This document shows, piece by piece, positions 17,580 to 28,424 of a stretch of 64,000 bases of DNA. The first letter of the stretch is position 1. Every line of letters begins with the position of its first letter. A program made the position numbers and the translations under genes. Under the pieces are notes generated by a model. The model was not told the DNA's origin, ran no database searches, and saw only the letters and a program-made list of their open reading frames with translations. The DNA comes from Gemmatimonadales bacterium (GTDB lineage: Bacteria; Gemmatimonadota; Gemmatimonadetes; Gemmatimonadales; GWC2-71-9), in contig DASPXE010000227.1 in the NCBI GenBank assembly GCA_035637455.1, positions 12,078 to 76,077 of the forward strand, in the 5' to 3' direction.

Positions 17580-18563
17580 TCAGTTCGAATACCCGGACGG
17601 GTGCGTCCGGTGCCAGTCCCACGCGCTCGCGATGATCTCGTCCAGCGCCGAGCGCCGTGGGCGCCAGCCGAGCAGCTGCTCCGCGCGGCCCGGGGCGGCG
17701 ACGAGCGTGGGCGGATCTCCGGGGCGCCGCGGGCACGCCACCGTGGGGATCGACCGCCCCGTGACGCGCCGCGCGGCCGCGGCCACGGCCAGCACCGAAT
17801 GGCCCGCTCCGGTCCCGAGGTTGACCGCTTGGGCGCCCGTCAGGTCCGCGTCCAGTGCTCGGACGTGGGCGTCGGCGATGTCCGCGATGTGCACGTAGTC
17901 CCGCACCGCGCTGCCGTCCGGGGTGCGATAGTCGGTGCCGTAGACGTCCACGGCTGGCCGTCGGCCGAGCGCCACCTGCAGGACGTTGGGGAGCAGGTGC
18001 GTCTCCGGATCGTGGTCCTCGCCGTAGCGGGCCGTGGCGCCGGCCGCGTTGAAGTAGCGCAGGCTGATAGACGCGACCTGGTGTCGCTGGGTGTAGTCCG
18101 CGAGCAGGTGCTCGAACTCGAGCTTCGTCTGCCCGTACGGATTGACGGGTGCGCGGGGCGCGTCTTCCGGGATCGGGATCGCGGGCGGGTGGCCGTACAC
18201 CGCGCAGGACGACGAAAAGATCACGCGGCGCACACCCGCCGCGACCACGGCATCGAGCAGCACGCGGCCCGCCGCCACGTTGTTCGCGAAGTACATCTCC
18301 GGATGCGCGACCGATTCCGCGACTAATGCGTACGCCGCGAGGTGAACGAGCGCGTCGAAGGAATGGCGCGCGAGCAGCTGCTCCAGGATGCGCCGGTCGC
18401 CGATCCCGCCCTGCACGAATTCCGCGCCGGGGTCGAGCGCAGCGCGATGACCCCGACTCAGGTCGTCCAGGACGACGACGGCGTGGCCTTGCGCCAGCAG
18501 CTGCTCGACGACCACGCTGCCGATGTACCCCGCCCCACCGGTGACGAGGACGTTACGAGCCAT
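17580..18563 (-). CDS. galE: UDP-glucose 4-epimerase
   Basis: 327 aa. Shows VLVTGGAGYIGS, the YGQTK catalytic motif, and LRYFNAAGA. Confidence 0.85.
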   Translation of the reverse strand: MARNVLVTGGAGYIGSVVVEQLLAQGHAVVVLDDLSRGHRAALDPGAEFVQGGIGDRRILEQLLARHSFDALVHLAAYALVAESVAHPEMYFANNVAAGRVLLDAVVAAGVRRVIFSSSCAVYGHPPAIPIPEDAPRAPVNPYGQTKLEFEHLLADYTQRHQVASISLRYFNAAGATARYGEDHDPETHLLPNVLQVALGRRPAVDVYGTDYRTPDGSAVRDYVHIADIADAHVRALDADLTGAQAVNLGTGAGHSVLAVAAAARRVTGRSIPTVACPRRPGDPPTLVAAPGRAEQLLGWRPRRSALDEIIASAWDWHRTHPSGYSN

Positions 18564-19815
18564 CCGGCCGCTCCAGGCCGAACAGCTTCTTCAGCGACTC
18601 GAGGAGACCGTAGCCGCGGCCGGCCTGCGCGGCCTGCTTGAGCGCAATCGTGGGGTGGTGCAGAAACTTGTTGAGCAGCGCGTGGCTGAACTGCTCCACC
18701 TGGGCCCGATCCTCCGGCGACAAGTGCGCGAGGCGCTTGAGGGCGCGCTCCAGCTCGGCCGCGCGCACGTCGTCGAGGCGCCCGCGAAACTCTTTCAGCA
18801 CCGGCACCACGGCCAGCCCGCCGTACCAGGCCCAGAACCGCTCGACCTCGTCGCGCACGATGCGCTCGGCCGCCGGAACCTCCTGATGCCGCTCGGCGGC
18901 CGCGTGCGCGGCGACCGCCTGTAGGTCGTCGATGTCGTACAGAAACACGTTCTCGAGCTGCCCCACGGCAGGCTCCACGTCCCGTGGCACCGCGAGGTCG
19001 AGGATGCAGAGCGGCCGTCCACCGCGGCGACCGATCGCGCGGGCCACGCGTTCCCATGTCACGACGGCGTGAGGCGCCGCGGTGGAGCTGAGCACGATGT
19101 CGGCGTTGGCGAAGTGCTCCCAGGCCTCGTCCAACGTGAGCGCCCGTGCGCCCAGCTGCTCGGCGATCGCGCGCGCCCGCTCATAGCTGCGGTTCGCGAC
19201 GAGCGTGACGCGCACGCCTTCCGACACGAGGCAGCCCGCGGCGAGCTCGGCCATGTCACCCGCACCGAGGACCAGCGCGGAGCGTCCCGCGAGCCGGCTG
19301 AAGATCTTGCCAGCCAACGCCACGGCCGCCGAAGGAGCCGACGCCGCCCCCGTGCCGAGCGCCGTCTCATTGCGGACGCGCGCCCCGACAAGCAGGGCGG
19401 ACTGGAATAGGCGATGGAGCACGGGGCCGGCTTGGGGCCGCGATGCTTCCCACGCCTCGCGCACCTGGCCTTGGATCTGGGACTCGCCGAGGATCATCGA
19501 GTCGAGACCCGCCGAGACGCGGTAGAGATGGCGCACCGCTTCGCGGTCGCGCTGGAAGTATCCGTACTCGCTGGCACTGCGACCGGCGCCCAGGCGCTCG
19601 CCCAGGATGGCCCAGACCGTCTCGGCCGTCGAGTCGCTCGGTTCGGCGAGGTAAAATTCGGTGCGGTTGCACGTGGACAGCAGGACCCCGCCGCCCGCGC
19701 CGGCCGACAGCACCCGCTCCAAGGAAGCCGGCACCTCGCGGGGAGCATGCACGAACCGCTCGCGCACCTCCAGGGGCGCCGTCCGGTGATTGACTCCGAC
19801 GACCGCGATGCTCAT
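18553..19815 (-). CDS. hemA: glutamyl-tRNA reductase
   Basis: MSIAVVGVNHRTAPLEVRERF...LLSTCNRTEFY...ALVLGAGDMAELA. Only the last 420 codons of the 911-aa track ORF are credible. The ATG is at 19813-19815. Confidence 0.9.
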   Translation of the reverse strand: MSIAVVGVNHRTAPLEVRERFVHAPREVPASLERVLSAGAGGGVLLSTCNRTEFYLAEPSDSTAETVWAILGERLGAGRSASEYGYFQRDREAVRHLYRVSAGLDSMILGESQIQGQVREAWEASRPQAGPVLHRLFQSALLVGARVRNETALGTGAASAPSAAVALAGKIFSRLAGRSALVLGAGDMAELAAGCLVSEGVRVTLVANRSYERARAIAEQLGARALTLDEAWEHFANADIVLSSTAAPHAVVTWERVARAIGRRGGRPLCILDLAVPRDVEPAVGQLENVFLYDIDDLQAVAAHAAAERHQEVPAAERIVRDEVERFWAWYGGLAVVPVLKEFRGRLDDVRAAELERALKRLAHLSPEDRAQVEQFSHALLNKFLHHPTIALKQAAQAGRGYGLLESLKKLFGLERPDGS

Positions 19816-19829
19816 TGCGCGCTGCCGCC

Positions 19830-20624
19830 CTAGAGAAAGCGTTGCGTCCCCGGCTCGGCGAGCTTGAGGGCGAGGTACACGAGCACCACCGCCACGAAGC
19901 CCGCGATGCTCGCGAACGCCGCCCGTCGGCCCGCCCAATGCCGCACCACCCGCATCCACACGGCCGACCCCAACACCACCCAGGTGAACGAGCCCCACAC
20001 GATCTGTGCCGGGTCCACGTGCATGCCACCGGCATAGCGCACCGCATAGCCCAGCGCCAGCAGGACGCCCAGCGTCAGCGCGGGGAAGCCGGCGACGAGG
20101 GCCACGTGGTTCAAGCGATCGAGCCGCTCCAGCGGGGGAAACAGACGAAACACTTGACCGAACCGTTTCGACTTGAGCTCGCGGAACTGCAGCAGATACA
20201 GCGCCGCCGTGATGAAGGCGAGCGCCAGCAGCGCGAGCCCGAGCACGCTGAGCGTCACGTGCAAGATAAACCAGGCGTTGCCGCCGCCCGAGGGCTCGGC
20301 ACCGGGTCCCAGTCCGATCAGCAACGCCAGCCCCACGAGCCCGGTCGCGAGCGGACCGGTGAACAGCGCGACGGCGGAGGCGCGGAACACGCGCTCGCTC
20401 ATGACCTGCAGCAGCATCAGGAAGAGCGCGAGAATCGACAGCACCGGAGCGACGCCCACCGGCGTGAGCTGCGCGACGCCGACCACGTGCGCCGTAGCGC
20501 CCGAGAGGGGGGCGCCCAGCGTCAAAGCACGCGGTGCGGGCCGAAGCCCCGCGAACGGCGCGAGCGCAAGCGCCGTGGCCAGGCCGTACAGCCCCAGCGC
20601 CAGGAGATGCGGTACGAGAACCAC
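19830..20624 (-). CDS. cytochrome c assembly family membrane protein (CcsA/YpjD-like)
   Basis: 264 aa and polytopic. It holds the usual position directly upstream of hemA. Shows WFILHVTLSVLGLALLALAFITAALYLLQFRELK. Confidence 0.65.
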   Translation of the reverse strand: MVLVPHLLALGLYGLATALALAPFAGLRPAPRALTLGAPLSGATAHVVGVAQLTPVGVAPVLSILALFLMLLQVMSERVFRASAVALFTGPLATGLVGLALLIGLGPGAEPSGGGNAWFILHVTLSVLGLALLALAFITAALYLLQFRELKSKRFGQVFRLFPPLERLDRLNHVALVAGFPALTLGVLLALGYAVRYAGGMHVDPAQIVWGSFTWVVLGSAVWMRVVRHWAGRRAAFASIAGFVAVVLVYLALKLAEPGTQRFL

Positions 20625-20663
20625 GGGCGCGGTGCGCCGGCCCCGCCAGGAGCCGGCGGCGGG

Positions 20664-21941
20664 TCAGGAGGGCATCTTCCGGACGAGACGGACTGGCATT
20701 CCGGGGCGAACGTCGGGATGATTGATGTTGAGCACCAGTCCGGACGCCGAATGGTCCCGCGTATGCACGATCTCGAGCACCATGCGCACTTCTTCGGACG
20801 CCGTGCCCGGGACGCCCGACGCCGGTCGGAACACCTCGAACACGTCGCCCGGGGTGACCCCTTCGGCGCGACCGCGGTTGATGAACAGGATCTGCTGCAG
20901 GTCCGTCAGCCCGTGGATGTCGCGTTCGGCCACGATCTGTCCCTCGAGGCCTTGCTCCACGGGCGTGGGCCGGGCGAGACCCGGGTCCTTGAACGGCTCG
21001 AGCGGCATCGCCAGGTGGCCGTCGTGGATCCGGCCGAACTGCATGACCACGTCCGCCAGCACCTGCCTGCGCTGCAGCTCCGTCACCCGGGCCACGCCGA
21101 CCGGCACCACTACCCCTCCCCAACCGGCGATGTCCCGATCGATGCGCGCGATCAGCAGCGAATCGCCGACGTGGTACGACGCGTTGCGGGGCGGCGCGAG
21201 CGCGATCTGATCGAACCGCGTCGCGGTGGAGCGCTCCGTCAGGCGCGGGATGGCTGGAGTCGCGGTGTTCCCCAACACCCGGCCCCACGGCAGTCGCTCG
21301 TTCTCGGTCAGGAAGCCCGCCGCATAGAACTCACCGCGCCGCAGCGGTCGATACAGCGGGTTGGAGTACGCCCGCAGCACGTCCTGCACCTGTTCCCGGG
21401 GTGTGCGGCGCCGCTCGAAGATCGTCTCGTAGGCGTCGGTGGCCGCAGGCGGGGGCGCCTCCACCACCCCAGCCGTATCGAACGCCGTCGACGTATCGGG
21501 CGCGATCGCCGTCACGGTGTCCGCCTGGGCCCGCACCGTGTCGGCCGGGGCGACCGCTGCGCTCTCAGGCGCCTGCGCCACCGCTACCACAGACCCGATG
21601 TGCAGCACCTCGCCAGGATAGATCCAGTGCGGGTCTTCGATCACGGCAGTGTTCAGACGGTAAATCTCGGGCCACAGTAGCGGATCGCTGAAATACAGCT
21701 GGGCGATGGACCATAGGCTCTCGCCCGTGACCACGGTATGGCTGGCGGGAAGCTGTCCTTCCTGGAAGGCCGCGGTGGGCGGCGGCACCTGTGACGTGTC
21801 CTGCACCGCCTTCGAGCTGTCCGCCCGAGCCTGGGTCGTGTCCTGAGCCACGAGCGGCGGCGCCACCACCCCCGCGAGCAGCCCTGCTACAAGGGCGAGC
21901 AGGGCTGCTCGATCAGAACGGCAGATCGTCGTCCTCCTCAT
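20664..21941 (-). CDS. LysM domain-containing secreted protein
   Basis: Has a signal-like N-terminus and the LysM motif HTVVTGESLWSIAQLYFSDPLLWPEIYRLNTAVIEDPHWIYPGEVLHI. The 5' end overlaps the ssb 3' end by 29 nt. Confidence 0.7.
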   Translation of the reverse strand: MRRTTICRSDRAALLALVAGLLAGVVAPPLVAQDTTQARADSSKAVQDTSQVPPPTAAFQEGQLPASHTVVTGESLWSIAQLYFSDPLLWPEIYRLNTAVIEDPHWIYPGEVLHIGSVVAVAQAPESAAVAPADTVRAQADTVTAIAPDTSTAFDTAGVVEAPPPAATDAYETIFERRRTPREQVQDVLRAYSNPLYRPLRRGEFYAAGFLTENERLPWGRVLGNTATPAIPRLTERSTATRFDQIALAPPRNASYHVGDSLLIARIDRDIAGWGGVVVPVGVARVTELQRRQVLADVVMQFGRIHDGHLAMPLEPFKDPGLARPTPVEQGLEGQIVAERDIHGLTDLQQILFINRGRAEGVTPGDVFEVFRPASGVPGTASEEVRMVLEIVHTRDHSASGLVLNINHPDVRPGMPVRLVRKMPS

Positions 21942-22395
21942 CCAGCGCCTCCGGGAGCGCGTCGAGCGACTCCGCCTTGCCCTCGGGCGTTACCTTGGCC
22001 GCGGCCTTGGCCCGGGCGAACTCGCCGGCGCCTTCACCGCCTCCCCCTCCCCGGGACGACAGCAGGATCACTTCTCGCGCGATGATCTCGGTGACGTAGC
22101 GGGTCTGCTTCTCGCGATCCTCCCACGTGCGGTACTCAATCCGCCCTTCCACGTAGATCCGGTCGCCCTTCTTCATGTACTTCTCGGCCAGGTCAGCCAA
22201 TTGGGCGCCCTTGTTGTTCCAGCAGATCACGCGGTGCCACTCGGTCTTCTCCTGCTTCTCCCCACCCTGTCCCGTCCACTGGCGGCTGGTCGCCAAGGAG
22301 AGATTCGCCACCCGGGAACCGTTGTTCGTGCTCCGCACCTCGGGATCGGCCCCTAAGTTCCCGATTAGCATGACTTTATTCAGGCTGCGACTCAC
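21913..22395 (-). CDS. ssb: single-stranded DNA-binding protein
   Basis: LNKVMLIGNLGADPEVR forms the OB fold, followed by a Gly-rich tail ending in the acidic tip EEDDDLPF. The GTG at 22395 lies 6 nt after GGAGG. Confidence 0.9.
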   Translation of the reverse strand: MSRSLNKVMLIGNLGADPEVRSTNNGSRVANLSLATSRQWTGQGGEKQEKTEWHRVICWNNKGAQLADLAEKYMKKGDRIYVEGRIEYRTWEDREKQTRYVTEIIAREVILLSSRGGGGGEGAGEFARAKAAAKVTPEGKAESLDALPEALDEEDDDLPF

Positions 22396-22440
22396 AACAG
22401 GCCTCCAAACGATGGGCGGGCAGGGACCAAGGGCGACAAC

Positions 22441-22469
22441 AGTATATGAATCGCAAGTTATTCTGTCAA
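22441..22469 (-). promoter_or_regulatory. near-consensus sigma70-type promoter upstream of ssb
   Basis: The minus strand reads TTGACA, a 17-nt spacer (gaataacttgcgattca), then TATACT. It lies in a locally AT-rich island, about 45 nt upstream of the ssb start. Confidence 0.55.
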
Positions 22470-22489
22470 TCAAAGATACGCCACTTGGG

Positions 22490-23029
22490 CTAAAGTTTTG
22501 CAGACATCCCGGCCGCTGGGATGGCCGCCCGGAGGATCACGGCATCCTCGACCGGACGCCGGTAGTAGCGCGCCCGCCGCCCGACCTCAGCGAAGCCCAA
22601 GCTCTCGTACAAGCGGCGGGCCGCGGCGTTCGATTCCCGCACGTCGAGATAGACGACCCGCACGCCACGACCCTGCAACGTCTCGAGCACCTGCTCGACC
22701 AGCGCCCGCCCGACCCCGCCGCGCCGGTGCACCTGGGCCACGCCCAAGTTGAGAATCTCCCCTTCATCCGCGGCGAAATGGGCGACAGCGTAGCCCGCGA
22801 TGGCGCGGCCTACGACGGCGACGAGGAACGGGGCCCCGGCGGCCAAGCACTCGGTGAAGTCGTTGGCCGACCAGGGGTCGGAGAAGACGGCGCGCTCGAT
22901 CGCGGCTACGGGCGCCACGTCAGCCGCTTGGGCGGGACGGATCCGGTAGGGGCCGGCCGTGGCGGGCCTCCCATTTCGCTTGCGCTTCGGCCGGCCGGCC
23001 GTAGGCGGGCTCGGCGACGAGCGGCTCAT
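22490..23029 (-). CDS. rimI: ribosomal-protein-alanine N-acetyltransferase (GNAT)
   Basis: IRPAQAADVAPVAAIERAVFSDPWS and LGVAQVHRRGGVGRALV form the GNAT core. The start is uncertain. The ATG at 23029 gives a basic 28-aa extension and a 110-nt overlap with tsaB. Confidence 0.7.
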   Translation of the reverse strand: MSRSSPSPPTAGRPKRKRNGRPATAGPYRIRPAQAADVAPVAAIERAVFSDPWSANDFTECLAAGAPFLVAVVGRAIAGYAVAHFAADEGEILNLGVAQVHRRGGVGRALVEQVLETLQGRGVRVVYLDVRESNAAARRLYESLGFAEVGRRARYYRRPVEDAVILRAAIPAAGMSAKL

Positions 23030-23660
23030 CCAGCGAGCGTGCCGCCCCTTTCCGGGTGAAGAGCGAGAGCAGCGTGGTGGCGTTCGGCGTCAAACTCTCC
23101 AGCGGTACTGGCGCGGCACCGCTCCACCTGAGGACGTCTTCCGGATAGCGCATCGCCCCGTCGCCGACGGCGACCTGGGGGCGGACCAGGGGAGGGGCGG
23201 CGCGCGCCAGCTCGGCGACGGTGGTGACTGCCGGCGCCATCGCCGTTTCGACCTCACCGGGGCGGAACACGTACACCGCGCCATACACCTGTCCGCGCAA
23301 GGCGTCGTAGCACGCAGCGACCGGCACCGAATCCAGCCGTCCGGCGACGCCGGCCGCCGCCGCCATGAGTGACGGCACGGCGCGGAGGGGCAATGCTGCC
23401 TCCTGCGCCAGCCCTTTCGCCGCTGCCCAACCGATCCGCAGGCCTGTGAAGCTTCCCGGCCCATCCCCGATCACGATGCCTTCCAAGTCCGCCGGCCGCA
23501 GTCCCGCCTGCGTGAGCACGTGATCGACGAGTTGAACGATCGCGGCCGCGTGACGGCGCGCTCCCCGCACAAGCGCTCCCGCCTCCGCGCCAGCCGGCGA
23601 TCCGACGGCGACGCTCGCGATCTCCGTGGCGGTATCGATGGCGAGCCACACCCCGCCCAT
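22920..23660 (-). CDS. tsaB: tRNA t6A biosynthesis protein TsaB (YeaZ)
   Basis: WLAIDTATEIASVAV...GIVIGDGPGSFTGLRIG is typical of TsaB. The start is ATG at 23660 or TTG at 23663. Confidence 0.8.
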   Translation of the reverse strand: MGGVWLAIDTATEIASVAVGSPAGAEAGALVRGARRHAAAIVQLVDHVLTQAGLRPADLEGIVIGDGPGSFTGLRIGWAAAKGLAQEAALPLRAVPSLMAAAAGVAGRLDSVPVAACYDALRGQVYGAVYVFRPGEVETAMAPAVTTVAELARAAPPLVRPQVAVGDGAMRYPEDVLRWSGAAPVPLESLTPNATTLLSLFTRKGAARSLDEPLVAEPAYGRPAEAQAKWEARHGRPLPDPSRPSG

Positions 23661-23672
23661 CAACCCTTCCCC

Positions 23673-23731
23673 AATTGCGGATTGGATGCTCGATCATCGA
23701 TTCCGCAATCCGCCATCCGCAATCCGCAATT
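23673..23731. repeat. variant heptamer hairpin (unit GCGGATT / AATCCGC) in the tsaE-tsaB spacer
   Basis: aattgcggattgg is followed by attccgcaatccgccatccgcaatccgcaatt. The outer arms are complementary. The right arm has three units and the left arm fewer. Confidence 0.65.
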
Positions 23732-23751
23732 AGGCACCGACAATCCTCCCC

Positions 23752-24159
23752 TCATCGGACCTCCTCGAGCTCGCGAATGTCGGGTTGCTCACCGTAGCTC
23801 AGGTAAAAGTGCCGATCCAGCGGTGGCGCCCATGCCCCCGCCCGCTCCGGCCATTCCACGAGCACGATGGCGCGCTCCCGGATCATGTCTTCGAACCCGA
23901 GATCGCGCGCCTCGTCGGCAGCCTTGAGACGATAGCAGTCCACGTGGTAGACGGGAGTGGCACCGGCCTCGTAGTGGTGCACCAGGGCGTACGTCGGGCT
24001 CGTCGCCAACACCCGGGCGCCCAGGCCGCGACAGATCGCCTGCACGAGGGTCGTCTTACCCGAACCGAGCTCGCCGGAGAGCCCGATCACCGCCGGCGCG
24101 GCGAGGTCGCGACCCAGCTCCTCACCGAACCGGTTGAGGTCGTTCGCGCGGAGGCGCAT
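23752..24159 (-). CDS. tsaE: tRNA t6A biosynthesis ATPase TsaE (YjeE)
   Basis: 135 aa. [16 protein letters not shown] is the P-loop, and [10 protein letters not shown]...HVDCYRL is also present. Only the C-terminal part of the 235-aa track ORF is credible. Confidence 0.85.
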   Translation of the reverse strand: MRLRANDLNRFGEELGRDLAAPAVIGLSGELGSGKTTLVQAICRGLGARVLATSPTYALVHHYEAGATPVYHVDCYRLKAADEARDLGFEDMIRERAIVLVEWPERAGAWAPPLDRHFYLSYGEQPDIRELEEVR

Positions 24160-26146
24160 GGTGCGCCGCATCCCCTTCGGCCTTGAGCTCGAGGAGCTGG
24201 TCGCGCAGCACCGCGGCGAGCTCGAAGTCCAGCTCTTCGGCCGCGGCTTGCATCTGCGTCTCGAGCAGCCGGATGAGCGCCTCCCGCTCGCGCGCGTCCG
24301 CCGGGCGCCGCAGCGCGGGGCCCACCGCCTTGGCCGTCTTGGCGTCCGCGACGCGCGTGGTGAAGCGCACCTGGTCCACGGACTTGACGATCGAGCGCGG
24401 CGTGATGTTGTGTGCTTCGTTGTAGGCCTGCTGCCGCCCACGCCGTCGCTGCATCTCATCGAGCGCGCGCTGCATCGAGCCGGTGACCCGGTCGGCGTAG
24501 AGGATTGCCTTGCCGCTCAGGTGTCGGGCCGCTCGGCCGACCGTCTGGATGAGGGAGCGGTCGGAGCGCAGGAACCCCTCCTGGTCCGCGTCGAGGATGG
24601 CGACGAGGGACACCTCGGGGAGGTCGAGCCCCTCGCGCAGCAGATTGATCCCCACGAGGACATCGAACTCGCCGAGCCGCAGGCCGCGGATGATCTCCAC
24701 GCGCTCGATGGCGTCGATCTCGGAGTGCAGGTAGCGCACGCGCACTCCATGCTGCTGCAGGTAGTCCGTGAGGTCCTCGGCCATGCGTTTCGTGAGCGTC
24801 GTGACGAGCACGCGCTCATTCTTTTTCTCCCGCAGCCGGATCTCGTGCAACAGGTCGTCTACCTGGCCCTTCACCGGCCGCATCTCGACGGCAGGGTCCA
24901 CGAGGCCGGTCGGCCGGATGATCTGCTCCACCACGACGCCGCCCGAGAGCCTCAGCTCTTCGTCCCCCGGCGTCGCCGACACAAACACGATCCGGGGCAC
25001 GAGGCCCATGAACTCGTCGATCCGGAGCGGCCGGTTGTCGAGCGCCGACGGCAGGCGGAATCCGTAGTCGACGAGGGTCTGCTTGCGCGAGCGATCGCCT
25101 TCGTACATCCCACCGAGCTGCGGCATGGTCTGGTGTGACTCGTCGATGATGCAGAGGTAGTCGTCAGGGAAGTAGTCGAGCAGGCACGCGGGGCGCTCCC
25201 CCACCTGCCGGCCGGTGAGGTGGCGCGAATAGTTCTCGATGCCGGTGCAACGCCCGACCTCGAGCAGCATGTCGATATCGAAGTGGGTGCGCGACTCGAG
25301 CCGCTGCGCCTCGAGCAGCTTGTTCTGGGCGCGGAGCTCCGCCAGGCGCGCGGTCAGCTCCTGCCGGATGGCCGCGACGGCGCGCTCGATTGTGGGTCGC
25401 TCGGTGACGAAGTGCGTCGCCGGGTACACCGCGGCGCGCCGCAGCTCGGCGATCGTATCGCCGCTCGTCGGATCGATCTTCGCGATGCGCTCCACCGCGT
25501 CGCCCCAAAACTCGATCCGCACCGCCTGCTCGTCGTACGCCGGGAACACCTCGACGGTGTCGCCCCGCACTCGGAACGTGCCTCGCTCGAAGGCCACGTC
25601 GTTGCGTTGGTACTGCACCGCCACGAGTGCCTCGAGCAGCTCGTCCCGGCCCCGCGGCTCGCCGACCGCCGCCGTCACGAGCCGGCGGCGGTACAGCTCC
25701 GGGTCGCCCAGGCCGTAGATCGCCGAGACGCTGGCCACGATGATCACGTCGTCGCGCTCCATCAAGCTCGACGTCGCGCGCAGCCGCAGCCGGTCGATGT
25801 CATCGTTGATCGAGGAGTCCTTGGCGATGTAGGTGTCCGTCTGGGGGACGTACGCCTCGGGCTGGTAGTAGTCGTAATAGGAGATAAAGAACTCGACGGC
25901 GTTCTTCGGGAAGAACCCCTTCAGCTCGCCGTAGAGCTGCGCCGCGAGCGTCTTGTTGTGTGACAGCACCAACGTGGCGCGGCCTAAGCTCGCGAGCACG
26001 TGCGCCATCGTGAACGTCTTCCCGGAGCCCGTGACGCCCAGCAACGTCTGGTAGCGGTCGCCCCGGGTCAGGCCCTGGGCCAGTTCGCCGATGGCGCGCG
26101 GCTGATCCCCCGCCGGCGGGTAGGGGGCAACGAGGTCGAAAGGCAT
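24122..26146 (-). CDS. uvrB: excinuclease ABC subunit B
   Basis: 674 aa. Shows [14 protein letters not shown], helicase motifs, and the C-terminal UVR motif ([17 protein letters not shown]). Confidence 0.97.
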   Translation of the reverse strand: MPFDLVAPYPPAGDQPRAIGELAQGLTRGDRYQTLLGVTGSGKTFTMAHVLASLGRATLVLSHNKTLAAQLYGELKGFFPKNAVEFFISYYDYYQPEAYVPQTDTYIAKDSSINDDIDRLRLRATSSLMERDDVIIVASVSAIYGLGDPELYRRRLVTAAVGEPRGRDELLEALVAVQYQRNDVAFERGTFRVRGDTVEVFPAYDEQAVRIEFWGDAVERIAKIDPTSGDTIAELRRAAVYPATHFVTERPTIERAVAAIRQELTARLAELRAQNKLLEAQRLESRTHFDIDMLLEVGRCTGIENYSRHLTGRQVGERPACLLDYFPDDYLCIIDESHQTMPQLGGMYEGDRSRKQTLVDYGFRLPSALDNRPLRIDEFMGLVPRIVFVSATPGDEELRLSGGVVVEQIIRPTGLVDPAVEMRPVKGQVDDLLHEIRLREKKNERVLVTTLTKRMAEDLTDYLQQHGVRVRYLHSEIDAIERVEIIRGLRLGEFDVLVGINLLREGLDLPEVSLVAILDADQEGFLRSDRSLIQTVGRAARHLSGKAILYADRVTGSMQRALDEMQRRRGRQQAYNEAHNITPRSIVKSVDQVRFTTRVADAKTAKAVGPALRRPADAREREALIRLLETQMQAAAEELDFELAAVLRDQLLELKAEGDAAHHAPPRERPQPVR

Positions 26147-26156
26147 GCGATGAAAG

Positions 26157-28337
26157 CTAACTAACGATCGGCTGTGTCTGAGGACCCGACTCGCGACGCG
26201 ACACTTCGGTCACGCCTTTCAACCGCCGGATCGCCCGGATCACCTTGTTGAGGTGGGTCTGGTTCTCGACTTCCACGAGCACCGATCCGAACACCGCCCC
26301 GTCCTTGGTCGCGAGCTCGGCGCTCTTGATGTTGGTGCCCGACTCGCTGATCGCGGTGCAGATATCGGCGTACAGACCGCGACGGTCTTCACCGCCCACG
26401 GCGAGCCGCACCACGAACGTCTCGCCCTCCGACTCCTGCCAATCGATCTCCACGCGCCGCTCCGCCTCGGCCGAGAGCACCAGGAGGTTCGGGCAGTCGC
26501 TGCGGTGGATCGAGATGCCGCGCCCTTGGGTGACATAGCCCACCACCGCGTCCCCCGGAACCGGCTGGCAGCACTGGGCATAGCGGACCATCAAACCGTC
26601 TACGCCCTGGATCTTGATGCCCCGGCCGAGCCGCAGCCGCTCGATGACGCGGCCGAACGCCGTGGGCTTGGGCGGTTGGAGCTCGTCGGCGGGGAGGTCT
26701 GGGTACAGCGCACGCATGATCGTGCCGAGGGCGATGTCCCCCGTGCCAAGCGCGGCCTGCAGCTGCTCGGGCGTGCCGACCGAGAGGGTGGCAGCGGCGC
26801 GCTCGAGGCGGGCCTCGTCGGGCGGCTCGAGCCGCCGCCGGCGCACCTCGCGCGCCAAGATGTCGCGCCCCAGCTCGAGGCTCCGCTCATGCTCCTCCTG
26901 GCGGATCCACTGCCGGATCTTATGGCGAGCCCGGGCCGTCTGCACGTGTGCGAGCCAGTCGCGCGAGGGTTTCGCCTGCGCGCTCGTCATGACCTCGACC
27001 GTGTCGCCGTTCTTGAGGGGGCGGTGCAGCGGCGCGATCCGGCCGTTGATGCGAGCGCCCTGGCAGTGCTGGCCGACCTCGGTGTGCACGGCGAAGGCGA
27101 AGTCGATCGGCGTCGCCCCCTTCGGCAGCCGCTTCACGTCCCCGCGCGGCGTGAAGACGAAGATCTCGTCCTGGTAGAGATCGACCTTCAGAAACTCGAG
27201 AAACTCCTCGGGCGTGTGCGCGTCCTGCTGCAGCTCGATGAGCTGGCGGAACCACGCCAGGTGCCGGTCGAGCTCGTCCGGGCTCTTCCCCTCCTTGAAG
27301 AGCCAGTGCGCTGCGATGCCGTACTCGGCGGTATGATGCATTTCGCGGGTGCGGATCTGGATCTCGTACAGCTGGCCCCCGGGCCCGAAGACAGTCGTGT
27401 GGAGCGATTGGTAGCCGTTGGACTTGGGGCTGGCGATGTAGTCCTTGATGCGCTCCTGCAGCGGCGTCCACTCGTGGTGGATGATGCCGAGCACGTGGTA
27501 GCACTCGGGGATGGTGTTCACCAGCACGCGCACCGCGAGCAGGTCGTAGATCTCCTCGAACGGTTTGTCGCGCTTCCTCATCTTCTTGTAGATGGACCAC
27601 AGGTTCTTCGGCCGCCCGGTGATCTCGAAGCCCACGAGCCCGGCCCGAGTCAGCTCCTCGGCCAGCGGGTCGCGGAGCCGCTCGATGGTGCGCTCGCGTT
27701 CGGCCTTCTTCGCGCGCACGGAGCGCGACAGCGCCCGGTACTCCTCGTGCTCGAGAAACTTGAAGGCGAGATCCTCGAGCTCGGCCTTCACCCCGGCCAT
27801 CCCGAAGCGGTGCGCGAGCGGTGCGTAGATCTCGCGCGTCTCGAGCGCGATGCGGCGCTGCTTCTCCACATCGAGATGCTCGAGCGTGCGCATGTTGTGC
27901 AACCGATCGGCCAGCTTGATAATGATGACGCGCGCGTCCTTCGCGACCGAGAGCAGCAGCTTACGGTAGTTCTCCGCCTGCTCCTCGGCCGTCGAGCGGA
28001 ACGTCAGCGTCGACAGCTTGGTGAGGCCGTCCACCAGCTCCGCCACTTCGGCGCCGAAGTCGCGGCGGATGTCGTCCAGCGACGTGTTCGAATCCTCCAC
28101 CACGTCGTGCAGCAGCGCCGCTGCGATGGTGGTCGAGTCCATCAGCTGCTCGGCGAGAATCGTGGCCACCGCCACGCTGTGCGAGACGAAGTCGTCCCCG
28201 GAGAGGCGCTTCTGGCCGTGGTGCGCCTGCGCGCTGACCCGGTAGGCGCGTGCGAGCAAGTCCAGGTCGAGGCGGTCCCGCTGGGCCGCCACGGCCCGCG
28301 CGAGCTCGGGGGCGAGGATAGGGGCGGTGCTGGTCAC
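26157..28337 (-). CDS. rel: bifunctional (p)ppGpp synthetase/hydrolase (RelA/SpoT family)
   Basis: HD domain ([11 protein letters not shown]...LLHDVVEDS), synthetase domain (GYQSLHTTV), and TGS and ACT regions. The start is GTG at 28337 or GTG at 28406. Confidence 0.9.
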   Translation of the reverse strand: MTSTAPILAPELARAVAAQRDRLDLDLLARAYRVSAQAHHGQKRLSGDDFVSHSVAVATILAEQLMDSTTIAAALLHDVVEDSNTSLDDIRRDFGAEVAELVDGLTKLSTLTFRSTAEEQAENYRKLLLSVAKDARVIIIKLADRLHNMRTLEHLDVEKQRRIALETREIYAPLAHRFGMAGVKAELEDLAFKFLEHEEYRALSRSVRAKKAERERTIERLRDPLAEELTRAGLVGFEITGRPKNLWSIYKKMRKRDKPFEEIYDLLAVRVLVNTIPECYHVLGIIHHEWTPLQERIKDYIASPKSNGYQSLHTTVFGPGGQLYEIQIRTREMHHTAEYGIAAHWLFKEGKSPDELDRHLAWFRQLIELQQDAHTPEEFLEFLKVDLYQDEIFVFTPRGDVKRLPKGATPIDFAFAVHTEVGQHCQGARINGRIAPLHRPLKNGDTVEVMTSAQAKPSRDWLAHVQTARARHKIRQWIRQEEHERSLELGRDILAREVRRRRLEPPDEARLERAAATLSVGTPEQLQAALGTGDIALGTIMRALYPDLPADELQPPKPTAFGRVIERLRLGRGIKIQGVDGLMVRYAQCCQPVPGDAVVGYVTQGRGISIHRSDCPNLLVLSAEAERRVEIDWQESEGETFVVRLAVGGEDRRGLYADICTAISESGTNIKSAELATKDGAVFGSVLVEVENQTHLNKVIRAIRRLKGVTEVSRRESGPQTQPIVS

Positions 28338-28424
28338 CTGTGGACGATGGCGAGACTCCGCTGCCGAGTCAACGCGGGGGCACGAAAGGCCCCACCGCGC
28401 CGGCACTCTGGCCGGGCGGGGGTA

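Noticed and set aside
18553-21288. A 911-aa track ORF that appears to span hemA, the ccsA-like gene and part of the LysM gene. The same pattern occurs at 40155..42776, 36606..38414, 38842..40503, 33152..34819, 59623..61101 and 57729..59552.
   Set aside because: Only the C-terminal portions match protein families. The N-terminal extensions are out-of-frame read-through over the upstream genes. Sensible internal ATG or GTG starts exist, often in GTGA/ATGA overlap with the upstream stop.
21913-21941. The 29-nt overlap of the LysM gene start with the ssb 3' end, considered as evidence for a mis-called gene or frameshift.
   Set aside because: Both frames carry convincing protein features: the SSB acidic tail DDDLPF, and the LysM protein signal-like N-terminus. 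A slightly downstream non-ATG start for the LysM gene cannot be excluded, but nothing indicates a pseudogene.
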